A stretch of DNA of 64,000 bases from Eimeria praecox (taxonomy: Eukaryota), in NCBI GenBank assembly GCA_963920595.1, contig OY986946.1, positions 8,060,001 through 8,124,000 of the forward strand, in the 5' to 3' direction. Below, piece after piece: positions 36,901 to 50,730 of the stretch. The translations under genes and the position numbers were made by a program. Positions within the stretch are counted from its first letter, which is position 1, and each line of letters opens with the position of its first letter. The notes under the pieces are model-generated. The model made no database searches. It was not told the origin of the DNA and saw only the letters and a list, made by a program, of their open reading frames with translations.

Positions 36901-37447
36901 ACTGAATCTGACTTCGGGATCAAAGGAACCCGTTCGCATTCAAGATGTTTTCAACTCAAGGCTGCCTACGGCATGCGGATTCATCCTCAAACCGAAGAGC
37001 CCCATGATTCCTCTTGGAAAACCAAGATCAACATTAGTTGCTGCACATAGTTGTAGCATTGGGTACCAAGCCCACGGCCATAGTCTTAGCATAGTTCCAG
37101 CAGTTGGGCTACTGGGCAAACACTGCTTCAGCCACGCGGGGAAAATAGGCAGTAACTGGACCGCATTGATAATGCGCTTTCACTAAGGGGAGCGTTCTCC
37201 CTTCGAAGGAACTGCAGTTGGCTGAGTGGCAATGGGCTTTTCTCCAGTGTCTTCTAGGTAATGAAATGCGAGAAACAGCATAAAGCAGTTGTCGATATGG
37301 TGCATGACCATTCACCAGTCGGCAACACGAGCGCGTCTAAACCTTCATAAAAACCAAAATGAGTATTGTTCGTAGATGTGGCTACTGCCGTTGCAGCACG
37401 CACCGTCACCGTACACCCGAACGTGCCCCACGAGGATAGACCCACGA

Positions 37448-38681
37448 CTAAGCAAATAATTCATAATTAAGAATCTTGAAGGATTCAATAATCAGACGGA
37501 ATGTGTGATCTAACGACCCTGAACCGCCTGTCTTTGCACCACTTAGTCCGCAAGCTTCATTTGCCCTTTCATTCATGGAGATGACAACATCCGCCTGATG
37601 CTCTGAGCAGATCAACCTCCGCGCAGTTCAAGGCACCCACTATGCGGAAAGCAAGTCTTCCCTAACGAAAAAAACTGCGAGTCCCAACTAACTGTGCACA
37701 TGAGGGGAAAAGCAGCAGTTCCAAAAAACTTTTGCCCGCTGAAGCCACCGGGGCAGCTAACCTGGAATTCTTATTGCTGCAAGCCGCACGCATACGTGGT
37801 CAGGGGCTCCAGCTCCTTTTTTTTTCACATCGAATTCCCCCTTAAGCGAAGCCACTGTGCTGTAGAACGCAAAGAAGGCAAGAAAGTGCTAGGCTTTCAC
37901 GAGGTCCACCCGTTCAGAAGTACCAACGTAAACGTTTTGCACTAGCTACACGTCTGCAAGATATCAGACGGCGAAGAAGGAGCTGAGAGAGGAGGTACCA
38001 TCCGGCATGACGCCTTCCGCCGTGAGAAATAGAAAGGAGAATCTCACTTACTGTCTAGCCACTGGAGACTCTCCCTTTGGCACAAGCCATGACTCCAGAA
38101 TCCGCGAAGACAAGGCAGAATTTTCTTCCATGAGGTCCTTGAAAAAGAACCTGTGTAGATTCACAAGACCGCCCACACGTGTGCCACTAGCTCATGCGCA
38201 GGCATGTACCGCAGTGAGCTTCCTACAGGTTTCCACAAACACCACGATTTCTCGCGCAGTGAACAAAATGGTTGACGCACTCTGCAGCATTCGCATCTGG
38301 GATTTGCTGATGTTCTAGAACTTCAATGATGACACTTATGCTCCCGTCGTCGTTGACAAATGCCTCTTGCTGGTCAGGAACGACAAGGATTTTGCTGCAA
38401 ACGGAAAAGCATGACATATCTACAAAAATGCCAGCCGTATATAGATTCCAGAGGGGTTCCAAAGACTCGCACACCTGCGGCACCTGCGCAAGGCACGACA
38501 GCTGCTTTGCTGGTATGTCTACTAAGGCTGGTCACACGGCTACCCAGAAAAAAGTGAAGACCAGCAGATGAACACGTGGGACACAGACTTACCTCATGTC
38601 GTCCAAAAAATTGGGAATTTCGCAGGACATCGCTCCCCCGAAAAGGGGGCGAGCCCGAAGATTAGAATCAGGAACAGACAT
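37448..38681 (-). CDS. MOG1: Mog1 / Ran guanine nucleotide release factor (Mog1p/PsbP-like fold)
   Basis: Exons 38681-38593, 38394-38281, 38150-38052, ~37859-37796 and a last exon ending at TAG 37450-37448. Product RPLFGGAMSCEIP..LDDMS...VPDQQEAF...SVIIEVLE...AAEFFFKDL...EHQADVVISMN...FRLIIESFKILNYELFA matches Mog1 motifs (LFGGA, VPDNQEVF, S.I.ELLE, D.LI..N, F..I.D..LF). The ORF track shows only exon 2. Confidence 0.85.
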
Positions 38682-39543
38682 CTTTGCCTTGTCCTACATT
38701 CCATGAAGCATCAAGCGACTAATGCAGCGCGTATTTGATCACTCTTTCAATATGTACTAAGACACTTTGCCGTAGTGCGCATGTGGGAAGGCCTAAATCG
38801 GAGATTTTCCTCCCCCTTCCCGTTCAGATCCGCGGGAAGCTAGGAAACTTTCATTCTTCTGTATAATATCGCTTCACTGTGCGTTCACCGGTTCAACCAT
38901 GCGTACTGCACATTCGCGGCATTACAAAGTAATTAAAAGCTACAAACGACCGCAGCTTCCTCCTAAGTGAAGGACGGGCTTAGATAGTAGCCGGATGCAG
39001 ACTGTGAGCATAACGGAGTTCGTGGGAAGGTGCCAGCAACGCGCAGATTGTCCGAAATTACGGTAACTTCAAAACTTCATTTCTAAACAAGAAATAAAGC
39101 AAATAAATTAGCTATGGTCAAAGTTTTCAAAAACTCGTTGCCTAAAGGTAGTGGCCGACCAGCGGTACTCGCTGGCGGTTGGGGCTGAATTAGCCTGCAA
39201 GCATTCGTCCTTGAGCTCGTTGAGTGAAACTCCGGTCTTGTTGGTTGAGTGTTTTTGCCAACTTGTGCCAGGGTACGTCTAGAGTTAGTACATGCATTTA
39301 TATTCTCACACAGGTTGGTTACTGAGGGCCGAGTAATCGGTTAACGTTTCTGCGTTTATAGCGTGGTCTGCTGATGTTTTATTCACATCCATGCTTGCTC
39401 GCAGGCTGACTACGGAGGGTCAAGTAAGTGCTTAACCGCAGTCTACACTACTTTCTACAATACTTGAGCTCGCAGCACAGGGACACTGGCTGCGCATGTG
39501 GGGCTGCTTTGCAATACTGGCTGCTGGAAGCTGGTGTGGGGAC

Positions 39544-39598
39544 CAGCCTGCTTGCCATGGGCTCCAATGGTGCATTGGAGCCCATGGCAAGCAGGCTG
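39544..39598. repeat. Perfect 26-bp inverted repeat with a 3-nt loop
   Basis: CAGCCTGCTTGCCATGGGCTCCAATG-GTG-CATTGGAGCCCATGGCAAGCAGGCTG. Confidence 0.95.
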
Positions 39599-41733
39599 CT
39601 CCGCACAGCAGCCGCAAGTCCTTGACCCGCTGTGCGCAGGAGGCCTGGAGGCTGGAGGGAAGGCCAGCTGCTTCTCTCCAGCTCTCCCTCTAAGTCTGTA
39701 AGTGTATTGCAGCTCGCGACGATCCTCGGCTAAGATTGAGCACTCTCGTTATACCTTACTATTAGTACGTGCATCCAAAGAGTGCTTGGGTATGGCTGGA
39801 GTTAGGAATGCCTTGTAGCAAACGTTCCGGCAAGGCGTGTTGCAACTCGCTACAGGCCGTCTCTTCAGCTAGGTACGTGTGATGCTGGTAGTCATATATA
39901 TATGCTTGCTTGGAGGCTGCATATGGAGGCCCAGTTCACATTTTTGAAACTGTCTAAACTCTACAAGAGAGGCTTTATTTATAACATATGTAGCAAAGGG
40001 AAGCTTGGGTGTGCATGCACCTGGGGCTGTGTTTTAGCACACTAGCTAGCCGCAAGATGCGCTCTCATTCCAGCACAGGACAGGCTGGCTCACCTCCACG
40101 AGCATTAGACCGTTGAGAAGGGCTCCCTAGGACTCTTGGAGGCTAGCGGAAGGGTAAGCTGCTTTGGGGGACCTTTCTTGCAGTCTTTTATTCTACTGCA
40201 ACTTCCGATGGCCCTCAGGTAAGGTGGAGGACCCTCGATTTACCGGCTACACTTAGTAGCACCGCATGGTTTATTGGGGCAGGTGAGGACACGCCGAATA
40301 TCACCTCGACAGCAGGACAGTCTGGTGCATTGCAGCAATCAATAGCGACGGCGCTAACAGCTCATGCAGCAAAGGGTCATTGGTTGCGCTGGCGTATGGG
40401 GCTGCCTTGCAGCTCTATCTGCAGCAAGGCGCATGGAAGCCCATAACAAGCGTGCTTGTGTCCCTCTTAGCCGAGGCCTTAGGGCAGCTCTGCCGAGGAC
40501 GCCTGGAGGCTGGGGTGGAGGGAGACTGCATTGCACGAACTCTTTCTTCAAGTTAGGGGAGTGTATTGCAGCTCATGAGGGTCCACACCTAAGATGGTGG
40601 ACAATTGTTACACTTGATAGCACAGCATGGTTCATCGGGGCGCGTGCAAAGAACGAACCCCAGCCCACGGAGCAGGGAAGCTTAGCGTGTAGTAATATAG
40701 CTGGTGGAAAGGAGGAAAATGCCAGAGCTCAGACATTTTTTTAAATCCTTATCAAAACCTAAACCATTTCGTCTTGCATAGTGCATCTTGATTGCGAACT
40801 CCTTGGCGACGGCCGTTGCTTTCGTGAAAGTCCTATGAAGGTCAAGGGGTCGTACGACAGACCTAGGCAGGGCAGAGTGGGCAGGGTGTGACACTAGAAG
40901 GAAAAGTGACGCTATTCTATTGGACGATCGAATTGATCGCACTTGGATGTGCCTAAGGTAACGCTGTCTGAGTGGACGTGATGCGCGCGCTTAGGTCCTT
41001 AAAGCTGAAATCACCAGGAGCTCTTATCCTAGGAGGCTTCTAAGCGACAACTAGGTGCAAACTAATACAGAAGACGGTGCAAAATCTCCTAGCAGTTGGC
41101 TTGTTTGTGCCCTGCGGCAGCATGCCATTAATTCCTAGCGAAAGCCCTGCAATATCCAGTGTTACCATGCATAGCAACCCTATTAAACATGTGGAGGACC
41201 AACTCATGTGTGTGCACGGGGCGTCACAAAGCATATTCATTTGACCGAAAGCCGACTGTATCTTCTTGGGACATCGAAACCTAACCAGCGGCATTTTGCA
41301 ACCCCATACCGACTGTGCGATTGGAGGCTACCCCGGCGTACGGCGCGCCCGAGTTGCCAGCAGCCCAACCTAATCTCTTTTCCAGCACGTGTTTCCATAA
41401 CCCACCACATACGTCGCTCGATCATCGGCAGAGCCACAAGAATAGGATACAGAATCCGAATGGTAGAGCGGAAATTGGCTCAACTGGCTTGACGCATGTA
41501 CTTGAGCGATCGCACCGAGCTGGGCCCCTGGGGCGGATGGTGAACCTAAATCTACTCTTAATCGCAGCGGGATTAAGGGGATTGCCGTTCAGTTAAAAGG
41601 CTTCAAAACTCTCCTCGCTTTTCGAAAATTTTCAACAGGTTGTGCAGCAACTCCACCATGCCTTGAAAACAATTATGTTCACAAGCCTTCTCAGGGGATT
41701 TTTTTGCCTCTTATTGGGCAATCGTATGCTCTG

Positions 41734-44654
41734 TCATTGCTTCAAACTGTCTCCTCCCCTTCCAGGTGAAATCGAAGCAAGGCTTTTGCGTGAGTGTGAC
41801 GTGTCACACCGATGTTGCCAGAGACCTCTGGCGTTACTCCATGGTGATGTTCGAGACTCGCGTCCCTTCATGCTTACCCACTGGCGCACAATCCCTCTGC
41901 AGGACCTGTTTCCAATGCATTCAATGAGACTTTGAAACCCCTTTCGCGTTGTACGATGAAGCTGATGGGGACGGACGCCACTTCGAGCACCTCGTAGACG
42001 GCTGTGCATGGCTACGAATGCTGAACTACGCGTCCACGAGCCTTTGGCGGATCCTGCCCTACTAGGCCTTTTGGTACCATAGTGTCTCTTGAAAATTTTA
42101 GTTGAAGCAGAATTTACCTTTTCTCTTGTAGCATTTAGCAATGACAGGAAGTTCAGTCTTCTACGGCGCTCGGCGCGGGTTCTACTAGAGGGAGAGGCTG
42201 AGACAGATGACTCGCTTGCCATCGAACCAGTCTCTGGTGTGGTCCCGCAAATAAGATTTCTCTGGGCGTTGTATGTGCTGGGTGCTTCGCCAATCCTATT
42301 GTGGAGATCTTTTAGCAAGTGTCTACCTTGCTTTGATAGTTCCCTACGCTCGTTAATCGCACCAAGTAACCCGCACTGAGCACCACAATTTTCGGGCTGA
42401 TACTGGGAACTAGCTTGATCGTGTGTAGTTCCAGTCGCCTCTTTTCTTCTTTGTCCAGTAGGCTGCTCCCTGTATTGGCGCGTCAGGGCACGATAGTTGG
42501 ATGGCTGTCTTGTGTTCCTTGCAATCTTGCTGCATATTTCCGCTCCTGTTTTCTTGCTAGAAGGCAGTGAAAGGCTCTGAATTGTTTCATGTGCTAAATC
42601 TACTAGGTTCTGCATTTAAAGCATGCCAAAATCATCAAATGAACAAGAACTATGTGGAAGAATCGCGTTCACCCGCTCAGCGAATTCCCTACACTAAACC
42701 CCGTATTCCCAAAAGATATACAGCAGCACTCACCCTTTGTAAGGCGATATCTACATTTTCAAGGTGACACCCAGCACCACAAGAGCTCGGACGAAGGCCT
42801 GCTTGCTCCGCACCAAGTTCACTTGGGGCGTCCCATCCGGAAAAACGCAACGCTTCAGAAATTGAGAACAGCTTTGCATTTGGTGATTTCAGATTATCGA
42901 GACAGGAAGAAAACCTCAAAGAACCTGGGAGGCTTGGCTGTGTTCGACGAAGCGCTCCATTGAAAAATGCCACTCCTATCACGCGAAGGCGAGACTGCGC
43001 CACTGCCTGCCCATGCCGTAAACCCCTTCGCGAGCACTCCAATTTCGGTGTCGCTGGATTAATGCTAGTGTCATTCCATTCTTCCGAAACTACCTTGGTC
43101 TGTTCAATACATTTCCCTTCCCGCAGATATTGGCATGAATAGTTTGTACCATCCTTGCGGCTTGTGTGCGACAGTGGACCAAGCACACTCTCTCGGAACT
43201 TCTCAAGATGTTCCAACGCATAGGCAAAGTTGCGCGCAAGGCGACTGAGGTGTAATAATCTTTTGGTATCTGTGCTGAACTTCATGGACAGTACTTTTTC
43301 GAGGTGGAAAAGCCGCAATAGTGAAACCTGCGCACAACATGGAACTGCCAACGAAAATATTTACGCGTGCTGCTCAAGCAGGCTTGTTTTGCATGAGCGG
43401 CCGGCTCTGGATAGAAGATTTGAAGCACTCTTACCACGCAAACGGCGCTGCCACAGGTGTCTGCAGAAAAAGCAGGGCTGGTAGGCGGCAATGCATCCTG
43501 TATTCCACCTAGCTGAAGTTCGCACTCTTCTCGAGTGTTTTCCTCAGCGCACGACCTCATCTCATTGGCTGTTGCCTGGTCAAGTCGGTGTAATATTTTC
43601 CTTGCAGCATGCTCTTCTACGGGACAGCTTCGATGCAAAACCGATACGATCTCTTCTACGTTCAGCAACCTTGAGGCCTGTAGCCGCAGTCGGTTCAGCG
43701 GGAGGGCACATGGTACCTCATGCAAGCGCAGAAGCAAGCCGTAGAGGCAATATTCTTTCTCCCAGAATATAGGAACGCAGGAGTTGCATTAATCTGAGCT
43801 GGAATCAGGGTTGCTGAGGGGAATCGTGAAAAGTTGCGGACATGAAGCAACTGGAGTGCCGCCTTCTCAGCCAAGAAATGCTTCTCCAATCCGTGTGAAT
43901 TGACTAATCTCATTTGACCTAAGACTCTCCTGCATGCGTCTTGCTGCTTATTTAGCTTTATCGATTCAATGAGGTAACACGAGTCTTGTAGGCACTTTGC
44001 GGTGCTTCTTAGCCTCTCGAGTTCTAGAAGATCTTTAACTAGGCCACCATTGCAAAATGCGCAGGCGTGCTGGTCAGTCTGCATCTTTTCTTTAGTCTTA
44101 TGCAGGTGGCGAAGAGAAGACATGTAAGCCTGTCGTGCTTGACAAAGCCGAATGCACTGAGCACGACAAACATCAAGGGCCGAACATACCTCTAACCGAA
44201 TGGCATTCGCTGCATGAGCATACTGTCTAGCAATGCTAGTGGCGGTCATTGCATGGCCAAAGACAGTAGCAAGAAGACGACGCAGAACAGATTCTGTACC
44301 AAAAGTCTGTGTTGCCGCTGAACTACTAAGTACAAGGGCCTTAACCTGAGAGTCAAGCCCCTCAGTGAAAGGAGAAAAGCTTTGTGACAGATCCGTTGTA
44401 GGTCTGTCTTCGTTATCCTCTGTTGCACTGTAATGCAAGCTACCCAGATGGCAACTGCGAGAATCAGGTAACCATGCTTCTTCAAATCGTTCTGCATCTG
44501 CTGAAATGGCGAGCTCAACATCCACTATATCAGTCGCTACATTAAAGAATTGGCAGCCGTTTGTGGCTGGGTCTGATGAGGCCGCTTTGTTCGGCTCTGG
44601 CCCGACAATAGACGGGAATATTTTTCTGTTCGGTTTTTGTGCTGGGTTGGGCAT
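41734..44654 (-). CDS. Multi-exon hypothetical helical / coiled-coil protein
   Basis: Successive long minus-strand ORFs 44654-43695 (ATG start), 43737-43282, 43351-42689 and 42615-41734 with helical amphipathic character. Exact splice sites and 3' end uncertain. Confidence 0.5.
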
Positions 44655-47600
44655 TTTATGCGGGACGCAAGCCAGTCCAGGCCTTAGTGAGAGTAGACCC
44701 TAGCACCTACGATCACGCCTAAGAGCTGGTAGATCTTTCCAATACCACCACTTGGTGTAGATAGCGTTCTGCATCTGCAGCAGATAGGAACATAGTAAAG
44801 AGATAAGACGTGCAAGGAAGCAGTGTAGATGCGGTTCGTCAGAAGCTTTCTTTTCCGGGGCTTGATGTGTGCAGCTTCAAGGCCCCAGTAGATGCAGCCC
44901 CAAACCAATGTCTATGACCGTCAATGGCTTCTAGCTTAGCGAATCCAAGCAGTAAAAAATAAGGATGAGTTTTCCCACATAAAGGCACTCGTGGCCTATG
45001 TAGACTTGGCCCATAGCCTTCCAGCTGCTTTAATACTGCCAGTTGCCTTAGTTAGTCACGTGTGTTGTAAGCTTTCACGGCAGTAGTTGTGCGTTGCCGT
45101 TATTAGGGGCAGGAGCTGCAAGCTACATCCAGACACTAAAACCTCTATATCTTTTCCTAAATTGCTCGTTTCATTGGTGAAGAATTGTGTTCGCACAGGA
45201 GAAACTAACGATGAGCTATGCTGAACTATTCAACCATGCTGCATCAACTGAGGGTAATCTCTAGAAGCGCAGTAGAAGAACCTGCCAGAGACGGCTACAA
45301 GTATGCACACCTGTGTTTATAGGCAAGTGAAAGCAAGGCAGGGCTTTACACTTGACTTCGGCATCAACGCATGCAGCGAAAGGAGGACTGAGCCTAAGTG
45401 CAAGTGAGGTTTGTTCGCGCCAACAGTTGCAGCAGGAATTGCCGTAACTCAACTGAGGACATTGTCCCCTCCCACCAGGCTTATCTGCGCCGGCTATGAA
45501 TAGGAAAATTGGAAACAAGAGAAAGGGTGCGGAGCATGCGATCGATTATTCCAAGTGCGTGCAGCCTAAAATTGGCCAGGGTAAAAGGGGGAGGCCTGGT
45601 GAAACCTGGTGAATTCGGGAGCCAGGCGTGGTCTGCAAAATTCCCCCCACCCCTGAAAGTGCACTGTTTTGTCGTTAAGGCGCCCCGGAAGATTCGAACA
45701 AAAATCGTTGTCGAAAGTAACCTCCAGGCGAGGCGAAGGCGCTCAAATGGCATCTATCTTCGCGGAGTATGGCTCGAGTCCTACTGCAGCGACACAGAAC
45801 GCTGAGAAGCGCAGTGCTTGGCTCTATACAATAATGCACAAAACTGTTGCAATATGTGCCGCAGGTGCTCCAGGTAGGCGTCCAGGGGATGGCGGGGCTC
45901 CCGGAAGCTCCTTATTTCATACAGCTGAGAAATTTCCCCTTGGCTGCTCTCACTTCTTCTGTTCCTTTTGTATTAACGTGGTCGAATGCTCCAACGATGC
46001 TTTCTTTGCACGGCCATCACGAGATGCTTGCATATCCTTGTCGTCTCCGGGAGCGCCCCCGTTCTGGCTTGGAGCCTCCTCGCTCCTTCTCTTTGGGGAA
46101 CTGCCTGCACTCTTCATACCCTAGAGGGCGCAAATACTGTTGGGGGCGATGAGATATACGGTCCCCATTTGGGGCCGTATCGCCTAAAGCCCGGACGAGG
46201 GCATTCCACTGAATCATCCAGATTATGTCATGGTGAACTGGTCCGACGCAGCGTAAATTCTCGCATTATAGCCATATGAACCTTTCGTTGATTGACTTAC
46301 CATCCGATAAGGATAGTAAACCCACCCTTGTGCGTGTATGCCACCGAGCAAGCGTAGTCTTAGGCACTGCGTCAATGCGTAGCCAGGTGGCTTTCGTCCC
46401 TGCACCGCAGCTTCAGAAATCAAATCCATTTCACGGCCTGTGCCAACTTGCACAAGCAAGAATCAATCACTGATACAAACGTGGCTATACAAAGACTTGC
46501 CTCTAGGCAAATATGGAGCAGTGTTCGTTACCATGTTAGCTTCCATCACTGCATAGCCCGCTGCTTGCGGGGGTAGGGAGCCTCCCTGACTGCTTTCTTT
46601 GTTCATCTGTAGGCGCTTCCCATACCCTTCCTTCTCCACTTCTCAGAGCTCCATTCATTCTTCTGCAATATCGAGTTATGTGAATTTGCTGGCTGCAAAG
46701 AAGCAAGCATTTCCTCTAGAGTGCTGTCCTCGTTTAGCGTCTTCTGTGAGTGGGTGGCATTCACAGCATCCCAAAGTTCTGGCTCTAATATGTCGGTCAA
46801 TTTTAAAATCTTCTTTTACTTCTCAGCTGCAAACAAAAAACTGGTGCCTTTAGATACTCCACCATTCTGACAAATTTTACCCTTTTCCCCTGTTATCCCT
46901 TTCGGCTGATAGCTCGTTGCTGATTTTTGAGACAGTCGTGTTCTGAACCACCGATCTTGGAGCTCCGAGTTCACCGTTGGGCTTTTGCCACAGAAGGGCA
47001 TGCATCTCGATGTAGAGCTCATATTAATAACTGTCCTTGCATTATGCCCATTTAATCCTGCCCCACCCTGATCTCTTTCCGGTCTGGAGATAAACCTACA
47101 TCGCAATGCGTGTCAGAAAACATTCATATTATGAGTGGGCTCTGCGAAACTGGTGTCTTTCTCTGTTCTCGGATCCAACCATCATTGCCGTGCGCACCCT
47201 TCCAATGAAGACAATGTACTATACCTCTTCAGGTGCACATGGGCGACGAAAGTATGCATCCAAAGGACGAAGGACTGCCCGCCACTACAAGAGCATTGCG
47301 GGGCATGCTATATCTGAGTGGCCAACAAACGTTGAAGCATTCTTCGTAAATTCGTTTTGCTATAAAGACGTTTTCCGCTAGATGCGATTCAGATTCTTCG
47401 CTTCTTCCAATCCGACAAGGCACCCAGATGTGGGTAGCCCCGTCGCCACAGGGAAGATTCTGATCAGTTCCAGTTGTGCCAGAGGAGAGAAGGTAGATAT
47501 TAAGGAAAAGATCAACAAATTGTTTCTGTGGAGCACCTTCGCTCCTTATCGGTCTGATGCACCGGGCGGGCGAGGCATGGGAGTGGGGTTAGCTGCTTAG

Positions 47601-48904
47601 GCATGCCCCTTTTAACCATGCGGCGGCGCCAGGTGTGACGAGAGTGCTCGAGCTTAGCGGAGGATCATCATGAGGGAAGGGGAAGCAGAGTCAAAAAGCC
47701 TAAACGAAGACTTCCTAAAAGAAAACCTATCCTTCAATCTCCAAGTCACCAGCTCAGGGCCACTGGGGCACCGTGCCCAGGGGCTGGAGCGGATATCAGC
47801 CTGCCCAATATGGGTTCCAACGCGCCTTGCTGCAACTCGCCTTGCAAAGCAGCCCTACGCACATGTATACCCAGGCCGCCTTTTGATATATGTAGACTGT
47901 AGACAGTACTTACTCAGCCCTCAGTGGCCAACCCGAACGCGTGTGGAAATACACGTAGCAACAGCAGGTAGAGCACGAGGCAACTGCAGTGAGTCTTCTC
48001 AGTCCCACCTGAGGACGATTGCTGTTCCATAATATCTCCGAAGCTGGCATAGGAACATTCACTTGCCCTTGCAAGTGAATGCCGCATCTACCCAAGTAGA
48101 AATGCCTAACAACTGCTTATAGAGATACATGCATGCAGCAAAGAAGACTCGGCTGTGTTTGGATCCGTATCTGTGAGGTATCATTTGCTGCAGTCAGGTG
48201 CTCTGCATTTCATGCCCGGGCACCTCCTATCACGCTGTCCCCAGCTCTGAGCCACCGCAACCACGGGGCTTGGAGACACGCGAGGGAGGTCAGCCGTTAC
48301 CTGAAGCATTCTGGCGTTATTGCAGCTCACGATGGTCTTCCAATAATACCGAAGACTATTGTTACAATCGAAAATTGCACTAGAGTCAAAGACTTGAAGA
48401 ACAGGTTTCTGAGGAGCAGATGACCCCCTGATGGCATTTCCTTCAGCCTACAGGGTACCTGGGTACAGCGGACCCAGGGTTTCAGGCTAGTGGGAACACA
48501 GGCCTGCCTGATGAACAAGGGGAGATACAATTCAAGTGTCACGAGAGCCCTCGATCTTAGCTGGCGTCCATCACGAGCTGCAGTGACGTAGAAGACTTCA
48601 AGAAAGGGCTCGCAAAGACAGCTAACCTCCCCGCCTGTCTCACGACACCTTGCTCTTAGCAGCCCAAGGGCCTGGGCTGGTGGGGACACAGACAGGCCTA
48701 CTACGGGCGGTAACGTACCTTGCTGCAGCTAGTGTTGGAAGGTAGCCTCCATGCACGCACAACCGCATCCCCCCTGTTGCATACGCTAGCATAGTAGACT
48801 GGAACGCAGACAGTGTTTTAAACACTCACTTGATCTTCCGTAGTCAGCCTGCGAGCAAGCAAGGATACGAGCACCAACATGGCACAACACTTGCACGGAA
48901 TGCC

Positions 48905-50730
48905 ATGAGTGCCACTGCCAAACGGGAGCGTGGGCCCTGTTCCATCGGGGCGTACTTTGTACTCGGGAGTTACGGATCAGTCCCTTGTTTGATTTATTTC
49001 AATGCAAGCATTAATTATTTTTAATTCTATATAATACGAGCTCTGTTGACTGTTCCGTTGCAACGTCCTGGTGGTGCACACTACAAGGCCCATCCTAGCC
49101 CCTAACGCTGCTGCCAGTGCCTTACTAGTGCTTAGCGCAGACTGATCTCAAGACTCTTAGGTAGTTGAATTTGCTTTTATCTTAAATTGTTTTTATGTGA
49201 CCAGTTTAAAGGTTTGCTGCGAGTCCCTGGCCTAGGGAAACGCCTGGCACTACAAAATTCGATGGACTCCCGTACCCCCTGGCAGCCTCCAGATCATTGA
49301 AGAACTGTACAAGCTTGTATGCTGTAGGCCCACTCGTACCTGCGAGATTCGTTCAAGGGGAAAGATGGAAGAGGCGCATGCGGAAGATAGCAGAGCAGAC
49401 AACAACATAATCCAGTACCGCATCGGAGATAGTGTGAGGGAGCCGACAAGCAATAAGGAGGTGCCAATGGCGGATGTAATCACACGGCACGTTAAGCAAG
49501 TTGCTGATTTTAACAAAGCGCTTGAAAAACGGAGACTTTGGAGGAAAAGAGAGAAGGAGATCCAAGCAAAGCACGAAGATACATGTACGGGCCAGCCAGT
49601 CGTAGCATATAGGACTACAGCAATTCGTGGTCTATCACTTCGGGCTGTCAGTATTCCCTTACGGCTTTTAGGGTAGCTTCTTCAAGAGGGGGTGTGCTTG
49701 ATGCATGCGATATCCGAAAACATAGGTAAAACACCTCATTGATAATCATACCCCCCAGGGATTCTGTCTCCGTTGCACGGTTACCCGTACTTGGATGCCT
49801 ACAGGGGGAGTCCTAAAATCGGAAGGGCGTAAGGAACAGCGCAGCGAAAGAGAGGATGTTGTCTGTAGCAGCGCCAAGAGGGTCCTGGACTCCATAGTGG
49901 TAGAAGGTGTCGATGAAGATGTGGTGAAGCGGGTGAAGGTCAGTTTTTCTTAGTCTGCTGTCGGCTTGCTTTTTAGCCCTTCGAAAATCGTCTTACCTAT
50001 TGCTTGCCCCTTGAGCCTCTTCTTGACCTTCGCCGTGTGATCATTTGTACGTACAGGAGAAAGTCGCTCGGAAGTTTGGCTCTGTTGATGTCCATGCCCC
50101 CATCAGGCAAGAAGTTGCAAAGCAAAAAGAAGCGCAAAGATTAAAGCTACAGGACGAGTTTTCCGATGCATGGATGCCCGATCGATTTTACACCGAAGAG
50201 CTGAGGCAGGTAAAACCAAGGCAGAGTCTGGTATATGTTTCCATGCTTCCATCTTCAGGGCCATTGTAGTGGGCCGTGTGCATGGCAACGGGCTGCTGTT
50301 CCATTAACATTTCTTCAGAAAACCCCATGGTTTAACCCCGTCGAGTTCCTCAACGAGCTGCAAACACAGAAGCGTGAGGAGAGGTAAGCAGCCATTTCCA
50401 TCCTTACAACCTTTTCGTCTGTTCATAGGCGGCAATTGCTGCCATCTTAGCCTGGAAAATAGCGAGTGGAGTCAATGCTCCGCTGGCACAAATGACGCCA
50501 ACACTAATAATGACCCCCATGCTTCATGTCTGGAAGCGGTGCTCGGCACTGGTTGAGCAGTACGGGGTACTTCTGACCGTCTCTGCATCTCATTAGGTGC
50601 GGTGTTGTTCAGTCTTACCCCTGTCGCCTCCGATAGCGACAGCGACTCTAAGGGGCGCAAGAAGAAGAAGAAGAAGCGCAAAAAGGAGAAAAAGAAAAGC
50701 AAAAAGCACAAGAGAAAGCGGAAGGACTGA
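48905..50730 (+). CDS. Multi-exon hypothetical protein with Lys-rich C-terminus, likely nuclear; start uncertain
   Basis: Spliced segments NAWHYKIRWTPVPPGSLQIIEELYKL, MEEAHAED...AKHEDT|WGVLKSEG...VVKRVK|EKVARKFGS...EELRQ|KTPWFNPVEFLNELQ...|SLTPVASDSDSDSKGRKKKKKKRKKEKKKSKKHKRKRKD, with TGA at 50728-50730. Confidence 0.65.

Noticed and set aside
45261..48800. Cluster of 60-150 aa ORFs on both strands
   Set aside because: No coherent exon chain or motif; could be decayed coding DNA but cannot be supported without a search.
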